DNA of 64,000 bases from the NCBI GenBank assembly GCA_001244265.2, contig CDLV01000005.1:1612001-1676000 (forward strand), written 5' to 3'. A model generated the notes under the pieces. The model did not search any database and was not told where the DNA came from. It saw only the letters and a program-made list of their open reading frames with translations. The position numbers and the translations under genes were made by a program. Below are positions 56,471 to 64,000 of the stretch, in pieces. How positions within the stretch are numbered: position 1 is the first letter of the stretch; each line of letters begins with the position of its first letter. The DNA is from Microbotryum violaceum. Lineage: Eukaryota.

Positions 56471-57083
56471 AAACCCTCGGCTTCCGGCAAAAAGGATAGA
56501 TGGGATTGTTCAGGCCCGGCCCCGAGCAACTGTCCGGCCTGTGGTCAAGGCAAACACTGGGTGGACAAGTGCCCGGACATGCGCACGTGCGCCAAGTACT
56601 TCAAGCTTAGGAACGCAATGAAGGAACTTCAAGGCACATCATCATCGCAGGCATCCGCGTTCGTGGCCACCAAGGAGGCATCCAAGGATCTTGACATGTC
56701 CTTCTTCTTGTCCCCCACATTTGTCAGCTTCGGAGCGCCAAACATCTTCCTGCATGACTCGGCGTCCACCTGCCACATTGTCAACGATGCTTCCTTCTTC
56801 AACGGCCCCCTAGCACCTACCTTGCACATACTGCAAGGTCTTGGGGGGACGGTGAACGCCTCGGGAGTCGGCTTGGTCAAACTTGTCTTGGACATTGGCA
56901 CCGAGTTCACCCTCAACAACATGATTTACGCTCCCAAGAGCCCTGCAAACCTTGTCTCCGTCCGAGCCTTCGACCGCAAAGGGGTCCGCATCACCTTTGA
57001 ACGCGGACAAGCCGAGCTTTGCACGCAGCAAGGGCGCATAGCCACAGCCTCCGCCATCACATCACGCGTCTACAAGCTCAACG

Positions 57084-58800
57084 TGTAAGGCGCGGCTCCA
57101 CTAGCGCCTCACGACCGCCTCAAGCCACCCTGCGCGCGGCGCCATGGGCGCCTCTTGACCTTAGTCTTTGGAGTAGTCTTTCTTTGCCTGCAATTTACAC
57201 CGTTTGATCCTTTCTGTTCGGACTCGGAATCAGTGAGGCTCAAGAGCGATCTCGTGCCTTTCACTTTTTTTTTGAAAACGACAAGTTGGCTGTACAACTC
57301 CGTCCTCACCCGACGTTAAACCCCGATCTTCGCAACGCCCCCGGCAACGCATGGTGCGAACCCGCTCAGCCGCTGCAAAGAAAAAACCGAACACGAACCC
57401 GACACAGACAGATACCGATACCGAAACAGATATGATACAGACAAGAACCGATAGCGATACAATACAGATACAAGACACCAGAACCGGTACAGATACCAAG
57501 ATACCACTACCACAACACAAACGTGGCCCCCCTACCCCCACCCCTGCCCAGCCCCAAGAACACCAACCCGAACGCCGCCAAGACCAAGGAACGAATACAG
57601 CAATGTTGACCGGTACTTGTGACGGGCCGCCTCACACGGACAATGTAGCGCGGCGGGTCAAGCTTGAGCTGCCGACGCTGAATGCTGGTTTCAAATTGAG
57701 GGACGTGACACGTTGGCTGGCAGGCTGCGAAGACGCGATTGAGTCGGCGGAGTGGAATTACGGCGGCAAGATCGCTGCCGTGCACCTCATCCGCAAGGCT
57801 GGCTGCAAGATAGAGGGCAAAGGCGCGGACTGGTACATCGATTGCCGCAACAAAGTGAAGGCACTCAAGTTGTGGCCCGAGTTTGCCCAGGAGGTCAGGG
57901 CCCAATTTATCAACGAGAAGACCGGGCTGGAGGCAAAACATGCGTTCTACAATGCGCACCAAACAGGGACCCTCAGTGATTTTGTGGCAACGTTGATTGC
58001 AGCACGTGGCCAAGCGGGATCAATTGGCGGGACCCAGGTATTCTCGGACGAGCTCTTCAAGGATCATCTCCTACACCGCTGTGACGAGCTTCTTTACCTC
58101 CGCGCAACCGCCTCCCCGTTGTTCGATGTGGCCAAATTCACGATGAACCAACTTGTTGCGTATCTTCAGCCCTTGTGGGAAGCGATCACTCTTGAGCGCG
58201 CAACAACAGGGGTCCGACGCATGGGTTTGTGAAATGACCAAGTGCGCCAAGAACAGAACAACAGCGCAGCTCACCAGACGAGTGGTCGACCAATGGCTGG
58301 TTTGGACCGCACACCCAGGGACAAGGCTCTGCATGAGGGGCGCTGCTTCCACTGTGATGTTCACGGTCACATTGCGGCGGACTGTCCTTCCAAGCCAGGC
58401 ACTTCATTGACACCTGCTCCCTCATGACCAACACCTGGACCGCGAATGGTTGCTGCAATCCGAGAGTACCAGGAGTCAGGGGACTCGACAGCATTTGTTG
58501 GCATCTCAAGTGACTCAGAAGAGGATGATGCCCGTTGGCTTGCATTCCAAACTGATAAGGAGGACGCTTGTTCGTTTGGATTAGAAGCTGGATGAGGGGA
58601 TTGATTCAAGTTGGGGAGAGTGTAAGGCGCGGCTCCACTAGCGCCTCACGACCGCCTCAAGCCACCCTGCGCGCGGCGCCATGGGCGCCTCTTGACCTTA
58701 GTCTTTGGAGTAGTCTTCCTTCGCCTGCGATTTACACCGTTTGATCCTTTCTGTTTGGACTCGGAATCAGTGAGGCTCGAGAGCGATCTCGTGCCTTTCA
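57084..58800 (+). mobile_element. Non-autonomous gag-only LTR retrotransposon (1.7 kb)
   Basis: 180-bp LTRs 57084-57263 and 58621-58800 (TG...CA); TSD caacg/caaca; PPT ggggagag; host frame YKLN|TLVRT is restored on removal; no pol. Confidence 0.9.
57351..58427 (+). pseudogene. Gag-like ORF (57351-58232) with a CCHC zinc knuckle downstream of a stop (ORF 58242-58427)
   Basis: Retrotransposon-gag-like pattern (WY..WPEF..VRAQF..QTGTLSDF) and CFHCDVHGHIAADC. Confidence 0.7.
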
Positions 58801-61800
58801 CAACACTTTGGTCCGAACTCCCAGCCCAGGTGCAATTCACACGCTTGTCACCACCAAGTCCCATGGGATCCCTTTACTTACCCTTCACCGTCGCTACGGT
58901 CATGCCTCTGTTCAGACACTTAAAAAACTGGCGGCCTCTGGCCAGGTGGAGGGTTTGGATTGGACCTATAGTGACCTTGAGTGTGTAGACTTCACCTGCA
59001 ACGCGTGCCTTGCATCCAAAGCCCATCATTTGTCGTTCCCCCCTTTGTTGTTCCACGCCTCGGAGCCGCTAGCACTGGTCCACTCGGATGTCTTGTCCTT
59101 TCCAGAGGAGTCGTTCAGCCACAAACGGTACCTCGTCACATTCATCGACGACTTCTCGAGGAAAACTTGGGTCTACCCCATCGGGCACAAGAGCGAGGTC
59201 CTTCCGATGTTTAAGGACTGGCTTATGGAGACCGAAAACGAGACAGGTCGCAGGGTCAAAACGCTCCGCTCAGACAACGGGGGTGAATACGTCTCTACCG
59301 CCTTCAATGGTTTTTGCGTGGCTCGTGGGATCCGTCGCGAATTGACCATACCGTACACGCCCGAGCAAAACGGTCGAGCCGAGCGGCTCAACCAATCTAT
59401 TGTGGAAGGCATCCTGGCTTTACTGATTGACTCGGGACTCCCACGTACGTGCTGGGACGAGGCTGCCAAGTGTTACATCCACACCAAGAACCTTTCGCCT
59501 CATGCGGCTCTCAAGGGAGGAGTACCAAATTGTTGCTGGTCAGGCGCCCCCCCCCCCCCGACCGTGGGAGCGCTTTGAGCATTTGGTTGTCGCGCCTGGG
59601 CCACCGTGCTGGCTCATCGTCGGGACAAACTCGATCCAAAAGGGATTCCGCTGGTTTTTGTGGGTTACAATTGACATGCGAAAGCCTGGCGCCTTCTCGA
59701 TCCCTCCTCGATGCGCGTGAGTTTGAGCCGGAATGTGACATTCCTCAAAACCGAGTTCCCCTTTGTTGCCGTTCCCGCCCATGTCACACCGCCTTCCGTT
59801 CCGGGTTTCTATCCCCGTCCTCCACCTGCCAACGCTCCGGCAACGCCGTTACCTCCCTTGCTCGTCGAACCCACCCAGCCGCCTTCGCTCGACGACGATG
59901 CCACTTCTTTGATCCACCTGCCGCAGCGTCCTCCGGAACCAGCACCACCGGAACCAACTCCACTCGCCAAAGTCAAGCCCACTTGGGAGTACGGCAATGT
60001 TGCCAAGGTTGGTCCCGATCCAGGGAAGTACGGTGAAATCGACGCTTGGAACATCATTGCTGGCCCCTGGACTCTCCGCCAACTCGTTCCCACCCTCATC
60101 ATGCGGGAAGACCTTGTTGGCGGACCTGATGGACCCACTCCCGCCTTCCAGGGCATGCTCCGTGCCTTTGCGTCCACCAAAGCCGGCTTTGCGGAGCACA
60201 ACTTATCCGTTGTCCGAAATCCAGCCAATTGGGGCAATGTCATCCGATCGGGACAACAGGACACGTGGGGTGGCCCGGCACACGACGAATTCAATTCACT
60301 TCTCAACGAATATGAGGTGTTCAACGTCATTGACTCCTGTGAGCTCCTCGCGGGTGAGATCCTCTTACGGTCGGGCTGGGTGTTCCGAACTAAGCGCAAC
60401 CAGCACGGGGACATCATCGATCACAAGGCTTGTCTCGTTGCCCACGGGTGTGCCCAACGCCCTGGCATCAACTTCGAGCAGAACTATGCCCCCGTCGTCA
60501 AGTTCACGTCCATTCGGGCTCGCCGCGGCCAACGGCTACCATGTCCATCAAGCCAATGTCAACAAGGCGTACCTCCACGGCAAACTTGACAAGCCTCTCT
60601 ACATGTGCGTTCCACAAGGCATTGACATGCCTGGCAAGATCCTCAGGCTGTCCAAATCCATCTACGGACTTTGCCAAGCGGGCACCATCTGGAACGCGGA
60701 GATTGACTCAACTTTGTGCTCCCTTGGATATGTGCCCACCCGATCGGACATCTGCATCTACCGCCGCAAACACGACGGGCACTCTCATTACATTGCCTTG
60801 TACGTTGACGACTTGCTGTTGGTTGGACCCTCTACCGCCGAGATCGACAGGGTTCTCGACGTGTTGGAACTCGCATATGGTATCAAACGTCTCGGGCCTG
60901 CTAAATACATCCTCGGCATCCAAGTCAAACGGGGGCACAACGGGTCCATCACACTTTCCCAAGAACGCTACCTTCGAGATATCTTGGCCAGGTTCCAAGT
61001 CGCCGATGCCAAGCCGGCGAGCGTCCCCATGCAACCCGGTGTCGTCCTCGATTTCAAGAACTCGTCTGCTACCCCTGAGGATCGCACTTGCTACTTGCAG
61101 GCCATTGGTTCGTTGATGTACGCCGCGGTTGGCACTCGTCCGGACCTCGCTTTCATGGTCAGCTACCTCGCGCGCTTCTTGCAGCAACCCGGCCCGGAGC
61201 ATTGGACAGCCATCAAGCACATCCTCCGCTACATCAAAGGCACACTGGACTTGGGGCTCACCTACCGCAAGACCAACCAACCGCTCCATGGCTACTCGGA
61301 TGCAAACTGGGGAGCCTGCCTGACAACCTTGCGATCGACCATGGGCTACGCATTCATCTTGTCCGGAGCTGCCATTGCTTGGTGTTCCAAACGGGAGCAC
61401 AGGGTCGCCAAGTCTACTACCGACGCGGAATACCTCTCTCTTTTGTACGCTAGCGGGGACACCATTCACCTGAGCGAACTCCTGAGCAAACTCGGCGCTC
61501 CGGTTCCCGGTCCAGTCGTGCTCTATGGTGACAACCAAGGTTCGCTTGCTCTGGCACAACACCCGACCAACCATCAGGGATCTTGTCACGTTCGCATCTT
61601 GGAACATTACGTCCGCGAGAGGGTTGCTGAGAAAGAGATTGAGGTCCGCTACATCGCCACTGGCAACATGTTTGCCAACATCTTCACCAAGGCCTTGGGT
61701 CCCAAGCCATTCATCTTCCATCGGACGAATTTGGGCTTACGAGGTGCAGTGGTATGACAGCACGGGGGGGTGTCAGAGTGTATATTGCTGTTTCATCCCA

Positions 61801-64000
61801 CTTCTATTACCGATCACGATTAGTTACTAGTTGTTGAGATTAGTTGCCTCGCGCGGCTATTGCTTGCCTTGCGCGCTCCTACTCTGCGCTTCTCTTCTTT
61901 CTCCAACTGTCTTTACTATCATCCTTGGCTCTCGTACTAAACATATCTCGTGCCTCGGCTTTAGGTTCTAATACCCAAGATAAAGAGAGAAGTTGCGCGC
62001 GTGTATCGGACAACTAGCATATTGAAAAGCAATTGAGGCTGTTTCTCTTGGGCGACAAGCAGCCAATCTGTGACGGTCGCGGTCGGCGCCTTGGTGAAGC
62101 AGGAGCCCTTAGCTGGGTGGTGAGCTCGCCCAAAATGATGGCGTGGTTGATTGCCATCTTCAATACTCCGCCACGGTGAGCACAACTTGTCGACAAGAAG
62201 TCGGGTTTTTTGCCCGTTTTGTTGGTGGGGGATTTGCGGAGCGGCGTGTTAGATGTGCCGAAAAAGAACTTGAAGTGCCGGGCCGCTTGCGTTGGAATTT
62301 CGCCGGCCTGTTATGCAAAGTTGCAAGTCGCATGACAAAGCAGCAGCATGCGCTCCAACAAACGGTCAGTGTATGACCAATTCCGACGCACCATTGTACC
62401 GAGCTGATCAAACCAAGTGGTACTTGTTTCCCTGCTGGCACCTTTCCGTGACTCGGCGACGAAGGCCTGCTTCAGCTGCGCGATGTCCCTTGCCCTCTTC
62501 ACCCAGGCCGAGTTCCTCTCCCTCTCCGCCTGGTCCGGATCCCTCTCCCTCTTTGACCTCTTCGACTCCCTCTTCGAATCAAGGTCTTCCCCGGCCAGAT
62601 TTGTTGAAGTAAATTACTCTTGCCTTAAATCCGCACTACGCGCGTCTCCACTTTATATTAGTCGCGCGCGCGATTCGCGTCTTTGTCTCCTCTTCTTCAC
62701 TTGATTACGAACTCATTGGCTCGTCCCTGCCGCCAACTCGTTCAGCACATCGCTGTTCAGTTTCAATAAGATTCGCCGCGACCTTTTCCAATTCTCCGAA
62801 CCAGGCTCCACCGGCGTTGAGTGTTTCGTTTTGGTGAAGCATACGGAGATCGCTGATGAATTCTCCCAAAGACGTTTCCCGCACGCTTCCTTCCCCGTAC
62901 GACTGGGCCTTCTCCTCTGGAGTGCGAATGAAATCCTATTGGTCCGAGCTTTCGGAAATGGGAAAGAGCGGGGACAATGGGCGCTCTGGACGCTCCGACT
63001 CGAGGCTTGGGTCGGCACTCGATCGATCTCGCGCTGTCGCAACGCCTGGCAATTGCCGCGCGGTCCAAAGGCAGTGCACCACGTGCCTGATGCACATCAG
63101 CCGACTTGATCTTGGTTACGGGTGACACGCATAAGGAGGGATCATCATAATGAAAGAGTCTCACATTTACAAGGCGACCGCCGATTCGAAGCCATTCCAA
63201 AGCTGTCAATGGGACCAACGGCGCCTCCGAATCTCCGAGTCGCAAACTGGTGGAAGTAGGCAATACATTGGAGGTGGTGCGAGCGACATTGTGCTGCGCA
63301 GCTTGAGCTTTGCTTTAGATTGATACAAGACCGCTCATAGCTGAAGTGTGAGGTTGGGGGGCCGACCGAATCGCTGTGCGGGATCCGAAGCCACTAGGCG
63401 AGACTCGGAGCGAGGGGAGTTCGAGTCGAGCCGTTGGGAGAGGGGCGTGCAGATCGTCCTCCAGTCGGTCGAAAGCTCCTCGGCCGTCGACGTCACATGT
63501 GACTCTATCTCGTGAGTCGCCATCCATATCATCGGGTTCCTCATTAGATGGAGCACATCTCCCTTAGATGAATAGATCAGCTCCCGGGGGCTCTCTTGAA
63601 TATCTTTGGACGTTTTAGAGGTTTAAACTTTTTTTGTGTACAGACTCTAGATCTCGTGGTTTCCCCTAATAACGAGTTTCATGCTCTCTTAGCGAGGACA
63701 TCTCATTTCTGCCGCACGGCTCGGCCCTATCGACTGCAGTGAGTCCCACGCAATGGTTACACACGCTACACACAATCCTTGCCCCCCCCCCGTGCCAAAT
63801 TTTGACAGGACTTCAACAAAATCATGTGACAAATCAACCTCGAATTAGAACCATGTAACCTGTGCTAGATGGGTTTCCCGATCAATCGCGGACTCGGAAT
63901 CGGTTGTGAGAGGTCGAAGGAGGCCTCGGTAGACTTCTCGCCAGCGCCTGCCGCAACTCCGCACCTCACTAGTACTCATCGAAGATCGAACATGGCGCCC

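Larger units (their letters stand above)
56471..61960 (+). mobile_element. Decayed Ty1/copia element E (gag end, PR, IN, RT, RH, PPT 61764-61770, 3' LTR from 61771; right end uncertain)
   Basis: [51 protein letters not shown] in ORFs 56411-57088, 58808-59578, 59711-60589, 59997-61757. Confidence 0.88.

Noticed and set aside
62000-64000. Possible host gene exons on - (charged stretch near 62440-62605; ORFs 62763-63263, 63315-63527)
   Set aside because: No recognisable domain and no defensible splice model without a homology search or RNA data.

Overview
About 62 kb of this GC-rich eukaryotic window (1 to ~62,000; probably fungal/basidiomycete, by inference only) is a cluster of nested LTR retrotransposons with no recognisable host gene. 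Ty1/copia lineages, named here for convenience: A (A0-A3 plus a related solo LTR), B/B' (B1-B4 plus fragments), C (C1-C3), D and E. Also present: one decayed Ty3/gypsy element (F), a 378-bp TRIM, a 1.7-kb gag-only LTR element and a 398-bp element with 70-bp inverted repeats. The last ~2 kb looks non-repetitive and I could not annotate it confidently. Main discovery candidate: the LTRs of families A, B and C end in a tandemly duplicated 55-66-bp unit. In B and C, a GTATGY linker plus the second copy reads as a 69-nt spliceosomal intron whose acceptor AG is completed by the first G of the tRNA primer-binding site, so it is reliably complete only in the 5' LTR. This geometry would let the element splice the intron from its RNA and rebuild it at minus-strand transfer, i.e. 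a self-regenerating intron. Within-LTR homogenisation of the copies and the presence of 1-copy and 3-copy LTR variants fit the model. Second candidate: a 106-nt, nucleotide-conserved, self-complementary GT..AG block in the IN-RT linker of families B and C, whose removal would frameshift RT. Most copia LTRs here end TG...TA, and their PBSs match the 5' half of a tRNA-Met. All mechanisms are inferences from sequence. Many single-base indels may be sequencing errors.
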